A stretch of 64,000 bases of DNA. Origin: Syntrophus aciditrophicus (GTDB lineage: Bacteria > Desulfobacterota > Syntrophia > Syntrophales > UBA5619). Location: the NCBI GenBank assembly GCA_020726025.1, contig DYTH01000001.1, forward strand, positions 102-64,101, written 5' to 3'. The notes beneath the pieces are model-generated. The model was given only the letters and a program-made list of their open reading frames with translations. It did not search any database and was not told the origin of the DNA. Made by a program: the position numbers and the translations under genes. Shown piece by piece: positions 28,077 to 38,134 of this stretch (position 1 is its first letter; the number at the start of each line of letters is the position of its first letter).

Positions 28077-28526
28077 ATGCGGGCTGTCGTACAGAGGGTC
28101 GAATCGGCCAAAGTTTCTGTAAGTGATCGATCTGTTTCTGAAATTGGAAAGGGCGCGGTTGTTTTTTTAGGCATTGAAGAGGGCGACGGCAAGCCGGATG
28201 CGCAGTATCTTGTGGACAAGATCGTCCATCTGCGCATCTTCGAGGACGAATCCGGAAAAATGAACCTGTCGCTGCTCGATGTCGATGGTGAAATGCTGGT
28301 CGTTTCGCAGTTTACCCTTCTTGGCGATTGCCGGAATGGACGGAGACCCTCTTTCACGCAAGCGGAAAAACCGGGGCTGGCCCGTCCCCTGTACGACTAT
28401 TTCCTCTCCCTGATGAAAATGAAGGTACGGGTGGCGGTCGAAGGCGAATTTCAGGCAATGATGAAGGTGCATCTTGTCAACGACGGCCCGGTCACCATGC
28501 TTTTGGACAGTAAAAAATTATTTTAG
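28077..28526 (+). CDS. dtd: D-aminoacyl-tRNA deacylase
   Basis: MRAVVQRV start, SQFTLLGD, GRRPSF, and NDGPVT near the C-terminus. Confidence 0.9.
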   Translation: MRAVVQRVESAKVSVSDRSVSEIGKGAVVFLGIEEGDGKPDAQYLVDKIVHLRIFEDESGKMNLSLLDVDGEMLVVSQFTLLGDCRNGRRPSFTQAEKPGLARPLYDYFLSLMKMKVRVAVEGEFQAMMKVHLVNDGPVTMLLDSKKLF

Positions 28527-28541
28527 TAAACTGGAGGTTTT

Positions 28542-30005
28542 ATGCTGGATGATACCGTAGTTGACGCTTACACTTTCGACGATCTGCTCCTGGTTCCCGC
28601 AGAATCGAACGTATTGCCGAGGGATATTGACACCGCAACCTTTTTGACCAACACCATTAAACTTAATATTCCCATCATCAGCGCGGCCATGGACACGGTG
28701 ACCGAGTCGCGCACGGCAATCAGCCTTGCCCAGGAGGGCGGAATCGGAATCATTCACCGAAACATGAGCATCGGGCAGCAGGTGGTTGAGGTTGACAAGG
28801 TGAAGAAATCGGAAAGCGGCATGATTGTCGATCCGATCACCATCGAGCCGGATCGGAAGGTGAAGGACGCCCTTGAACTGATGAACCACTACCATATATC
28901 CGGGGTTCCGGTGGTCAAAGATAAGGTTCTTGTCGGCATTTTGACCAACCGCGACCTCCGGTTTGAAAACGACCTGGAACAAACGGTCTCCCAGGTGATG
29001 ACGAAGGAAAACCTTGTGACGGTTTCTTCCAGCAACATCTCCCTTGAGGATTCCAAAAAACTTCTCCATAAACACCGCATCGAGAAGCTGCTCGTTGTTG
29101 ACGAACACTACCGGCTCACAGGACTGATTACCATCAAAGACATTGAAAAAATAAAGAAATACCCGCTTTCCTGCAAGGATTCGCTGGGCAGGCTGCGTGT
29201 CGGGGCGGCGGTGGGCATCGTCGATCGCGAGGAGAGAATAGACGCCCTTTTAACTGCCGGGGCGGATGTCATCGTCATTGACACATCCCACGGCCACTCC
29301 ACCGGGGTGCTCGATGCCGTTCGGGCCACAAAAAAGAATTTCCCGAAATGCGAGCTGATTGCCGGAAATGTCGCTACAAGCGAAGGGACTCTCGCGCTGA
29401 TCAAGGCAGGGGTTGATGCGGTCAAAATCGGCGTCGGACCGGGGTCGATCTGCACCACAAGAATTATTGCCGGCGTGGGGGTGCCGCAGATGAGCGCGAT
29501 CCGCGACGCATACAAAATTGGAAAAGCCCATAACATTCCCGTCATAGCCGATGGCGGCATCAAATATTCCGGCGATATTGTCAAGGCGCTCGCTGCAGGC
29601 GCCCACACCGTCATGATCGGAAGCTTCTTTGCCGGCACCGAGGAGAGCCCCGGCGAGACGGTTCTTTATCAGGGACGCAGCTACAAGGTCTATCGGGGCA
29701 TGGGGTCGCTCGAGGCCATGAAAATGGGCAGCAAGGATCGCTATTATCAGGATGAACAGGAGAGCAACGCCAAGCTCGTGCCTGAAGGAATCGAGGGAAG
29801 GGTTCCCTACCGCGGGCCCATTTCAGCCGGCATTCACCAGTTGATGGGCGGCATCAAGGCGGGGATGGGGTATGTCGGCTGCCGCACGATACCCGAGCTG
29901 CACCAGAAGGCCAGATTCGTCAAAATAACATCGGCGGGGCTTCGGGAAAGCCACGTCCATGACGTCATCATTACCAAGGAAGCTCCCAACTACTGGCTGG
30001 ATTGA
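28542..30005 (+). CDS. guaB: IMP dehydrogenase
   Basis: CBS pair insertion, catalytic loop [11 protein letters not shown], and GGIKYSGD and EGIEGRVPY motifs. Confidence 0.92.
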   Translation: MLDDTVVDAYTFDDLLLVPAESNVLPRDIDTATFLTNTIKLNIPIISAAMDTVTESRTAISLAQEGGIGIIHRNMSIGQQVVEVDKVKKSESGMIVDPITIEPDRKVKDALELMNHYHISGVPVVKDKVLVGILTNRDLRFENDLEQTVSQVMTKENLVTVSSSNISLEDSKKLLHKHRIEKLLVVDEHYRLTGLITIKDIEKIKKYPLSCKDSLGRLRVGAAVGIVDREERIDALLTAGADVIVIDTSHGHSTGVLDAVRATKKNFPKCELIAGNVATSEGTLALIKAGVDAVKIGVGPGSICTTRIIAGVGVPQMSAIRDAYKIGKAHNIPVIADGGIKYSGDIVKALAAGAHTVMIGSFFAGTEESPGETVLYQGRSYKVYRGMGSLEAMKMGSKDRYYQDEQESNAKLVPEGIEGRVPYRGPISAGIHQLMGGIKAGMGYVGCRTIPELHQKARFVKITSAGLRESHVHDVIITKEAPNYWLD

Positions 30006-30009
30006 TATC

Positions 30010-33000
30010 ATGGGTTCTTCCGATTTTGTTCACCTGCACGTCCACACGCAGTACAGTCTGCTTGATGGGATGATCCGGCTCGAAGACCTCTTCAAAAGGG
30101 CCCGGGAATTCGGCATGCCTGCCGTCGCCATGACCGACCACGGGAATATCTTCGGCACGGTTGACTTCTACAAGCAGGCAATGAAAGCCGGCGTCAAGCC
30201 GATCATCGGCTGCGAGATGTACATTTCTCCCACCAGCCGCACCGATCGCGCAGGCTCCGGGCCGGGAGAAAAGGCCTACCACCTGATCGTCCTTGCCAGC
30301 GATATGACCGGCTACAAAAACCTGATGAAACTCTCCACACAGGCGTTTCTCGACGGTTTTTACTACAAGCCCCGGATCGACAAGGAGATTCTGCGAAAAC
30401 ATCACGAAGGCCTCATCGGCATGAGCGCCTGCCTGCACGGGGAAATTGCCTCCGCGATACTTCGCGACAACATCGACGAGGCGCGGAGATATGCCGGGGA
30501 GTACCGCGACATCTTCGGCGACGGCAATTTCTATCTCGAGATTATGGAAAACGGCATTGCCGAACAGACAAAGGCCAACGAGGGGCTGATCGCGCTCGGC
30601 CGCGAGCTTTCCATTCCGCTGGTTGCCACGAACGACTGCCATTATCTCAACCGCAAGGACGCGGAGGCGCAGGAGGTTCTTCTTTGCATCCAGACCGGAA
30701 AAACCCTGGAAGACAAGGAGCGGATGCGTTTTTCCACCGATCAGTTTTACTTCCGTTCCCCCGAGGAGATGAAGCAGCTCTTTCACTATTGCCCGGAAGC
30801 AATCGAAAATACTGTCAAAATTGCAGAAAGGTGCAACCTTTCCTTTGAATTCGGCAAATTCTACCTTCCCACGGTCGAGGTTGAAGAAGGCGAAACGCTC
30901 GACGGGATGCTCGAGAAAAAGGCGCGTGAAGGATTTGCCGCCCTGCTTCCGACTCTGTTGGGCGAAGGCCGGGAACACCTCCGGGAAACATACGAAAAGA
31001 GGCTCGATGAAGAGCTGAAGATGATTCAGACCATGGGGTTTCCCGGCTATTTTCTCATTGTTGCCGATTTTATCGCGTACGCCAGAAGCCAGGGCATACC
31101 GGTCGGACCGGGCAGAGGGTCGGCAGCCGGAAGCCTTGTCGCCCTTGCCACCGGAATCACAAAGGTTGATCCCATACGCTACAATCTCTTTTTCGAGCGG
31201 TTTCTCAATCCGGACAGGGTCAGCATGCCCGATATCGACACCGATTTTGCCCCGGAGGGACGAGAGAAAATCTTCGATTACGTGACCGAAAAATACGGCA
31301 GGGATCATGTTTCCAAAATCATCACCTTCGGAAAAATGCAGGCAAAAGCGGTGATTCGCGATGTCGGCCGGGCGATGGGCGTGCCCTACGGCGAGGTGGA
31401 CAAGATCGCCAAGCTGGTGCCGAATGTCCTCAATATCAGGCTTGACGACGCGATCAAAGCGGAAAAACGTCTCCAGGAGGAAGAGAAAAATAACCCCCAG
31501 GTCAAGAAACTGCTTGAATATTCAAGGGCATTGGAGGGACTGAACCGCCACTCCTCCATCCATGCGGCGGGGGTGGTCGTCTCCGACATACCTCTTGTCG
31601 AAAGAATCCCGCTCTCGAAGAGCTTGAAAGAGGACATCGTTTTTACGCAGTTCGCGATGAACGAGGTGGCCGATGTCGGTCTTACCAAATTCGATTTTCT
31701 CGGACTTAAAACCCTGACGGTCATCCATGACGCCGCCCGGTTTGTCCGGGAGGGGAGGGGAGTGACGCTCGACATTGACAATCTTCCCCTTGACGACCGC
31801 CCGACCTACGAACTGCTGATGCGCGGCGATACCGACGGCGTCTTCCAGCTTGAAAGCTCCGGGATGAAGGACATGCTTGTCCGGATGAAACCGGACTGCA
31901 TTGAAGACGTAATCGCCCTGATCGCCCTGTACCGTCCGGGGCCGATGGAAAACATCCCGGAGTTCATCGCGCGCAAGCAGGGAAAAACAAAAATCATATA
32001 CGAAACCGAAGAGTTAGAGACGATACTTAAAGAAACTTATGGGATCATCGTCTATCAGGAACAGGTGATGCAGATAGCCGTCGCCATCGGCGGCTACAAG
32101 CTCTCCGAGGCGGACACGCTGCGCAAGGTCATGAGCAAGAAGAAGACCGAGGAGATGGAGACCCGCGAGAAGCCGAAGTTCATCGCGGGGGCCAGAAGCA
32201 GGAACATCCCGGAGGCGAAGGCGCTCAAAATCTGGGAGCAGATGGAGACCTTCGGCAAATACGGGTTCAACAAGTCGCATTCCACCGCGTACGCCCTGGT
32301 GACCTACCAGACCGCCTATATCAAGGCCCACTATCCCGCCGAGTTTATCGCGGCCCTTTTGACCAGCGAGAAGGACAACCGCGACAAGATCATCAGCCAT
32401 ATCGGAAGTTGCCGGGAGATGGGAATCCGTGTTCTGCCGCCAGATATCAATGAATCGATGAGGGATTTCAGCGTGGCTGGCGATCACGTCCGTTTTGGCC
32501 TTGCCGCGGTGAAGAATGTCGGCGCCGGGGCGATTGAATCTGTCATCGAAGTCAGAAATGAAGGCGGCCCATTCACATCGTTTGTCGATTTTTACAACCG
32601 GATCGATCCCCGCAAGATCAACAAACGGCTCATCGAAAGCCTGATCAAATGCGGCGCTTTCGATTCAACAGGCAACAACCGCAACCAGTTGATGAGCTGT
32701 TATGAAGACATCATCGAAAAATCGCACCATCGCCGCAAACTAAAGGCCACGAACCAGGCAAGCCTTCTGGATGAACTTGAAGAATCATCTCCAAATACAA
32801 AAGATGATTACATTTTCCCGGATATTCCGGAATGGGACAATAAGGAACTCCTCGCCTGTGAAAAGGAAACTATTGGTTTTTACATCAGCGGACACCCTCT
32901 GTCGCCGTACAAGGAACGGCTGGGGATGATCGTCACGGCGGATTCCTCCACTCTGCAAAAAAAAATGGACCGGGAGCCCGTTGTTGTCGCCGGCATTGTA

Positions 33001-33468
33001 AGCAGCATCCGCGATACCCAGACAAAACGAAAAGAGACGATGGCCTATATCCAGCTTGAAGACATGAAGGGTTCCGTCGAGATGGTCGTTTTTCCTGATT
33101 CCTATAAAACCGCCTGGCAGCTTCTCCACGGCGACGCCCCCATCGTGGTCAAGGGGGTTGTGGATGCCGGCGAAGACAATCCGAAGGTTCTCGCCGCCGA
33201 GGTATCCCTGCTTGCCGAGGCGGCCGAAAAATCGTACAGCCAGGCCTGTATTACAGTGGATCTGAAGCAGACAGGGCCTGAAGACATCGAGGCGCTCCGC
33301 TCATGTCTCGAGCGCTATTCCGGAAAGCTCGACGGCTTCATCCGATTGCTCGAGCCGCGATCAGAGACATTGATATACCTTGGCGCCGATATGAAACTCG
33401 ATTCCTCCGTCCGGTTAAAAAGTGATGTGGAGCATATCCTTGGAACGGGAACGATCCAATTTGTTTAG
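30010..33468 (+). CDS. dnaE: DNA polymerase III alpha subunit
   Basis: PHP domain FVHLHVHTQYSLLDG, palm PDIDTDF, and a C-terminal OB fold. Start trimmed to ATG 30010, 4 nt after the guaB stop. Confidence 0.92.
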   Translation: MGSSDFVHLHVHTQYSLLDGMIRLEDLFKRAREFGMPAVAMTDHGNIFGTVDFYKQAMKAGVKPIIGCEMYISPTSRTDRAGSGPGEKAYHLIVLASDMTGYKNLMKLSTQAFLDGFYYKPRIDKEILRKHHEGLIGMSACLHGEIASAILRDNIDEARRYAGEYRDIFGDGNFYLEIMENGIAEQTKANEGLIALGRELSIPLVATNDCHYLNRKDAEAQEVLLCIQTGKTLEDKERMRFSTDQFYFRSPEEMKQLFHYCPEAIENTVKIAERCNLSFEFGKFYLPTVEVEEGETLDGMLEKKAREGFAALLPTLLGEGREHLRETYEKRLDEELKMIQTMGFPGYFLIVADFIAYARSQGIPVGPGRGSAAGSLVALATGITKVDPIRYNLFFERFLNPDRVSMPDIDTDFAPEGREKIFDYVTEKYGRDHVSKIITFGKMQAKAVIRDVGRAMGVPYGEVDKIAKLVPNVLNIRLDDAIKAEKRLQEEEKNNPQVKKLLEYSRALEGLNRHSSIHAAGVVVSDIPLVERIPLSKSLKEDIVFTQFAMNEVADVGLTKFDFLGLKTLTVIHDAARFVREGRGVTLDIDNLPLDDRPTYELLMRGDTDGVFQLESSGMKDMLVRMKPDCIEDVIALIALYRPGPMENIPEFIARKQGKTKIIYETEELETILKETYGIIVYQEQVMQIAVAIGGYKLSEADTLRKVMSKKKTEEMETREKPKFIAGARSRNIPEAKALKIWEQMETFGKYGFNKSHSTAYALVTYQTAYIKAHYPAEFIAALLTSEKDNRDKIISHIGSCREMGIRVLPPDINESMRDFSVAGDHVRFGLAAVKNVGAGAIESVIEVRNEGGPFTSFVDFYNRIDPRKINKRLIESLIKCGAFDSTGNNRNQLMSCYEDIIEKSHHRRKLKATNQASLLDELEESSPNTKDDYIFPDIPEWDNKELLACEKETIGFYISGHPLSPYKERLGMIVTADSSTLQKKMDREPVVVAGIVSSIRDTQTKRKETMAYIQLEDMKGSVEMVVFPDSYKTAWQLLHGDAPIVVKGVVDAGEDNPKVLAAEVSLLAEAAEKSYSQACITVDLKQTGPEDIEALRSCLERYSGKLDGFIRLLEPRSETLIYLGADMKLDSSVRLKSDVEHILGTGTIQFV

Positions 33469-33469
33469 C

Positions 33470-34216
33470 ATGACGACCCCGGATGCCGCCCGCTATTTCA
33501 TTCGCGATTACCGTAACAAAACAGGTAGAAACAACCTTAAGAACTTCACTGCAAGTATCAAGGAATCCGATCTTTTTATCAGAGCCGACACCGATTTGAC
33601 TCAGGAAGCCCTGGATTCCTTATACAAAGTCCGAGCACAGCTTGAAGGCTACATAAAAATCCGTCGCGAATTTTTAACATCCTTAAAACCAATCGGTTTC
33701 GACATCAAGGCGCCCCACGCGGCGCAGGAGATGTTAAAGGCCTCAACGGCCGCGGGTGTGGGGCCTTTTGCGGCGGTGGCCGGAGCGGTAGCCGAAGCCG
33801 TTGGACGAGATCTGATGGGGCTCTCCCGCAATCTGATCATAGAAAACGGCGGGGATATCTGGCTTAACACCGAAAATGAAGTTCAAGTCGGTATTTTCGC
33901 AGGAGAATCATCCTTAAGCAACCATCTTGCCATCACGATAAAAAAAGAGGAAATGCCTCTGGGCATCTGCACCTCGTCGGCAACGGTGGGACCGTCTTTG
34001 AGTTTCGGGAAAACGGATGCGTGCTGCGTCAAGGCTCGTTCGGCCGCACTTGCCGATGCGGCTGCATCATCTGTCGGCAATCTCGTGCAATCCTCGAAAG
34101 ACATTGCCCAGGCGTTGGAAAAGGGGATGACAATCAACGGAGTACTGGGCATTGTCATCATCATGGGTGATCATCTCGGGGCGATTGGCGACATCGAACT
34201 CCATAAAGCTGATTGA
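33470..34216 (+). CDS. UPF0280/ApbE-superfamily protein
   Basis: GVGPFAAVAGAVAEAVG...ENGGDIW pattern recalled from the UPF0280 family. Start trimmed to ATG 33470, 1 nt after the dnaE stop. Confidence 0.5.
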   Translation: MTTPDAARYFIRDYRNKTGRNNLKNFTASIKESDLFIRADTDLTQEALDSLYKVRAQLEGYIKIRREFLTSLKPIGFDIKAPHAAQEMLKASTAAGVGPFAAVAGAVAEAVGRDLMGLSRNLIIENGGDIWLNTENEVQVGIFAGESSLSNHLAITIKKEEMPLGICTSSATVGPSLSFGKTDACCVKARSAALADAAASSVGNLVQSSKDIAQALEKGMTINGVLGIVIIMGDHLGAIGDIELHKAD

Positions 34217-34313
34217 ATTCCAGAAAGCACGGCCGTCCCGTCCGCAAGAACCAGACAATACGGGCAAGAGCGATTACGCTTTTTGATTCGATGCACTGTT
34301 TAAAGGTGAATAA

Positions 34314-34622
34314 ATGCACTGGACGGAATGGGTCGGTTTCACCGGCGGATTATTGACAACAATGGGAATGGTCCCGCAGGTATGGAGGCTTTTTAAACTC
34401 AAAAGCGCCCATGAGATCAGCATGTCATTCAGCCTGTTTTTCTGTCTGGGCATTTCATTCTGGCTGCTCTATGGAATTCTGAACGGTCTTGTGTCCGTTG
34501 TTATCTGGAACGGCATATCTTTGTTTCTTGGCTGCGGAATGCTGTACGCCAAAATAAAATGGGGAAGACCTGAAACGCCGAAAGAAAAAAACGAAAAACA
34601 CACCTTCCCAGGTAAAAACTGA
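34314..34622 (+). CDS. SemiSWEET / PQ-loop family small transporter (3 TM)
   Basis: 102 aa with three hydrophobic helices and a PQ motif in TM1 (MGMVPQVWRLFK). Confidence 0.65.
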   Translation: MHWTEWVGFTGGLLTTMGMVPQVWRLFKLKSAHEISMSFSLFFCLGISFWLLYGILNGLVSVVIWNGISLFLGCGMLYAKIKWGRPETPKEKNEKHTFPGKN

Positions 34623-34756
34623 TAACACCGGGCGGGGCCACTTCCGTGTGAAACGAATCTACGCGCATCCAGCGGGGGGCGGCATTTTTATGTCCTGAAC
34701 GAGCGCGGTACGATCCCCGTGGTTAAGTTTACATAACATATCTTATGGGCTGAGAA

Positions 34757-35695
34757 TCATATCCCTTCATCGGCAAGTTTTTTGATCAAACTGGCCTGGG
34801 TTGAGGTCAGCTTCCTGGGGACATCAATAGTGATCTTCACAAACTGATCTCCGTGGGGGGCGCTGGAGCCCTTGAGAGCAGGCACGCCGAGTCCCTTGAG
34901 TCTGATCTTCGTTCCGCACTGCGTGCCTGCAGGAACCTTCACCCTTTTTATCGAACCGTCTATCGTCGGCACTTCGATAGACGCCCCCTGAACGGCCTGC
35001 GTGAATGATATCGTCTTTTCCAGATGGATGTCGTTTCCATCGCGGGCAAATAGTGGATGGGGAAGAACGTTGATATTAAGGTAGAGATCGCCATTGGGTC
35101 CGTTATTTGTTCCGGGATAGCCCTTCCCGGATAGCCTCAATTTTTTCCCGGTGTTGATTCCCACCGGAATTTTGACCGTTATTTCATTGATTCCATGTTC
35201 GGTTCTCAACGAAATCTGTTTTTCGGCCCCTGCGACGGCCTCCTCCAGGTTTATGGAGAGATTGTAATGAATATCTTCACCCTTTTGAGGCATGGAGTAG
35301 CCTGATTGTCCTCCTCGAAAGAGGTCTTCAAAGCCGCCTCCGCCGGACTGAAATGTGAAGCCGCCCCGCCGTCCCGAGCTGCGGAATCCGCCACCCATGC
35401 CGCCGAATCCGAACCCTCTCAGGATTTCATTCAGATCGACATTTCGGAAGATGTCCTCCTGACTGTAGCGCTGACTGAACTGGTCTGATCCGTAGGTATC
35501 GTACTGCTTGCGTTTTTCCGGGTCGCTCAAAACAGCATACGCTTCGCTGATCTTCTTGAATTTTTCCTCGGCTTCCCGGTTATCGGGGTTTCTGTCGGGG
35601 TGGTACTTCATGGCCAGTTTCCGATAGGCCTTTTTCACCTCTTCCTGGTCCGCCCCTTTTTCAACTCCGAGCACCTTGTAATAGTCGTCACTCAT
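34757..35695 (-). CDS. cbpA: DnaJ-class co-chaperone without zinc finger (CbpA-like)
   Basis: J domain DYYKVLGV...YHPDRN, a G/F-rich linker, and two C-terminal beta domains. There are no CxxCxGxG repeats. Confidence 0.75.
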   Translation of the reverse strand: MSDDYYKVLGVEKGADQEEVKKAYRKLAMKYHPDRNPDNREAEEKFKKISEAYAVLSDPEKRKQYDTYGSDQFSQRYSQEDIFRNVDLNEILRGFGFGGMGGGFRSSGRRGGFTFQSGGGGFEDLFRGGQSGYSMPQKGEDIHYNLSINLEEAVAGAEKQISLRTEHGINEITVKIPVGINTGKKLRLSGKGYPGTNNGPNGDLYLNINVLPHPLFARDGNDIHLEKTISFTQAVQGASIEVPTIDGSIKRVKVPAGTQCGTKIRLKGLGVPALKGSSAPHGDQFVKITIDVPRKLTSTQASLIKKLADEGI

Positions 35696-35729
35696 GCTGT
35701 TTCACCTTTTTTTGATGCCCCGCAAGTGT

Positions 35730-36407
35730 TCAACTGAGGGTAGATATCTTGCGTTTGAGCAGGATGGAGTTTACCGGATCGGCTGTTTTTGACAGCGCCT
35801 TCTGGTAGAACTCCAATGCCTTTTTATTATCCTTCAAGGCTTCGTAAATTCTGGCGGTATTTTTGTAACTGAGGTACTCGAATGACGCCGCCGACTTTGT
35901 TTTCATCGCCATTTCATAGTATTCAAGGGCCTTTTTGAACTCTTTTTTCTGTTCTTCGCACGCGCCCATTCCGTTATAGGCCAGTGTAAGGAGGTCGTTC
36001 CGGGACGAGGCGCTATCGATAAATTTCTGATAGTGCAATTTTGCGTTGTCATAATCCCGTTTCGTGAAGTAGATGTTGGCAAGACGATAATAACCAAGAA
36101 CGGCTGCATTGCTGCGGGGATACCTGGAGATCACATCCTTGAATCCCTTGATGGCATTATCCGCCGCATCAGGCGTATTTGTCTTCATCTGGGCGCTGAA
36201 AGCCCCATTGTACAGATCCGCCGCCTTGTTTTCATAGTTCATCTGGTAAAAATACACGCCCCCGGCCAGCAGAAAAAGGATGGCCACAGCTCCCGCCCCC
36301 ATGTAAATCCTGGTGCGGTGCGTTTCGATGAATGCCCTTATTTTCATAAGAAAAACGGTAACTTGATCAGGCGCTTCCAGCTCTTTTTTCTCCAGCTTGT
36401 TCGTCAT
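35730..36407 (-). CDS. Membrane-anchored tetratricopeptide-repeat protein
   Basis: One N-terminal TM segment (IYMGAGAVAILFLLAGGVYFY) followed by TPR-like A-x-x-x-Y/ALEYY repeats. Confidence 0.6.
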   Translation of the reverse strand: MTNKLEKKELEAPDQVTVFLMKIRAFIETHRTRIYMGAGAVAILFLLAGGVYFYQMNYENKAADLYNGAFSAQMKTNTPDAADNAIKGFKDVISRYPRSNAAVLGYYRLANIYFTKRDYDNAKLHYQKFIDSASSRNDLLTLAYNGMGACEEQKKEFKKALEYYEMAMKTKSAASFEYLSYKNTARIYEALKDNKKALEFYQKALSKTADPVNSILLKRKISTLS

Positions 36408-36495
36408 TGATTTTATGTATCTCCTTTGGTGTTATTGAAATGCAATACGTCAAACTTAGAATATAAGTAACTAAATATACATGGCTTCTGATAAA

Positions 36496-36942
36496 TCACG
36501 GCGTATGGCGTTCTCCGTCTTTGAAGGCTGTTTTCAGTCTGTCGGTTATCATGGCGGGAATACGGATAACCTTTCCAAACGAATCGGTGCAGGCATGAAC
36601 GGTATAGCCTTCGGCAAGCAGGTTTTTGTGTTCCTCATCCCATATTTTGTGAACAAATTTGATACTGGCCCGTTTAATGAAATCAATGTCCGTCTCCAGA
36701 AGAACCAGATCGTCATACCTCGCAGGCAGGTGGTAATGGCAGTAGGCCTGCGTCAGGGGAAGGTTAAAGCCTCCAGACTCTACATCCCTGTATGCGATCC
36801 CGATATTCCGGAAAAACTCCGTCCTGCCTGTTTCAAACCAGCGGATGTAATTGGTGTGATAGACGATGCCCATCGCATCCGTGTCCGCGTAAATAACTCG
36901 GATCTTTACAGTTTTTTTATCCAAAGACATGATCGAGATCAC
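36496..36942 (-). CDS. Acyl-CoA thioesterase, YbgC/4HBT hotdog family
   Basis: VIYADTDAMGIVYHTNYIRWFETGRTEF carries the catalytic Asp region of the YbgC/FcoT type. Confidence 0.8.
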   Translation of the reverse strand: MISIMSLDKKTVKIRVIYADTDAMGIVYHTNYIRWFETGRTEFFRNIGIAYRDVESGGFNLPLTQAYCHYHLPARYDDLVLLETDIDFIKRASIKFVHKIWDEEHKNLLAEGYTVHACTDSFGKVIRIPAMITDRLKTAFKDGERHTP

Positions 36943-38134
36943 CAGTAAAGCTCTCGATAAACCGGTAGCCGGGAGCGATCATGTTTCCGGAAATACGGGC
37001 ATTGCCTTCTCCGAAAGGAAGACCGCCGCCCCGATTTTCGCTGGCGCGCGACGATAAAAATGCTACCGGGCTCGGGTCCGCAATGTGTGTTTTAAGAACG
37101 ATCGGTGTCGGATGGTCGCTCAATACGGCAACCCGGTACTCACCCAGGCCCGGAAGACCTTTAAGCGCAGTGCCGACCACTTTGTCGTCGAAGTCTTCAA
37201 TGGCCTTTATTTTTCCCTGCAAATTGCCTTCGTGCCCCATTTCGTCGGGGGCCTCCACGTGAAGAAAGACAAAATCGAGTCTCTGGAGCGCCTCCAATGC
37301 CTTTTGGGCCTTGCCGAGATAGTTGGTGTCGGTGTATCCCGTGGCCCCCTCGACTTTCAGAACCTCAAGGCCGGCGTAAATTCCGATTCCGTTCAACAGA
37401 TCCACTGCGGAAATCATCCCCCCCGTGAGATGAAATCTGTCCGTGAATTTCTCGATTTTGGGCGCCCTCCCCTGCCCCCAGAGCCAGATCGACGTGGCCG
37501 GTTTTGCCCCGCGCGCCACCCTTTCATTGTTTACCGGGTGATCGGCAAGAACTTTCCGGGAAAGATCCATAAGACGGGATATCGCATCGGCGCCAGTTCC
37601 GGAGGGAAGCCAGGGAGCAATCTTTTTCCCGGTTATGTCGTGCGGGGGCGTAACCTTCATTCCCAGCTCTCCGCCATGCCAGACCAAAAGATGGCGGTAC
37701 CCTACTCCGGGATGGAAACTGAACTCTTTTGAGCCCAAAGCCAAATCCAGGTCTTTTATTATCCGCGCCGCTTCGTTAGAGGAGATATGGTCGGCCGTAA
37801 AATCCTCCATAACCGGTTCCGAGGAATCGCTCAACGTAACGAGATTACAGCGAAAAGCAACATCGTCCGGTGCAAGCGCAACCCCCATGTTGGCCGCTTC
37901 CAGAGGCGCCCTTCCGGAATAGAACGAACGGGAATCGTAACCCAGCACGGCCATATTGGCAACGTCGCTTCCCGGAGCAAGGCCGGGGGGGATGGTGTCG
38001 ATCAGGCTTAAATTCCCCTGCGCGGCCATGCGGTCCATGTTGGGGGTATGGGCATATTCGAGAGGCGTTTTACCGTTCAGGGCGTCAATGGGATAATCCG
38101 CCATCCCGTCTCCGAGTAAAATGATGTATTTCAT
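36917..38134 (-). CDS. Cofactor-independent phosphoglycerate mutase-like metalloenzyme (ApgM family); probable alternative homoserine kinase
   Basis: MKYIILLGDGMAD N-terminus, HVEAPDEMGHEG and LSDHPTP metal-site motifs of the archaeal-type iPGM family. Its ATG overlaps the hom stop (ATGA). Confidence 0.7.
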   Translation of the reverse strand: MKYIILLGDGMADYPIDALNGKTPLEYAHTPNMDRMAAQGNLSLIDTIPPGLAPGSDVANMAVLGYDSRSFYSGRAPLEAANMGVALAPDDVAFRCNLVTLSDSSEPVMEDFTADHISSNEAARIIKDLDLALGSKEFSFHPGVGYRHLLVWHGGELGMKVTPPHDITGKKIAPWLPSGTGADAISRLMDLSRKVLADHPVNNERVARGAKPATSIWLWGQGRAPKIEKFTDRFHLTGGMISAVDLLNGIGIYAGLEVLKVEGATGYTDTNYLGKAQKALEALQRLDFVFLHVEAPDEMGHEGNLQGKIKAIEDFDDKVVGTALKGLPGLGEYRVAVLSDHPTPIVLKTHIADPSPVAFLSSRASENRGGGLPFGEGNARISGNMIAPGYRFIESFTGDLDHVFG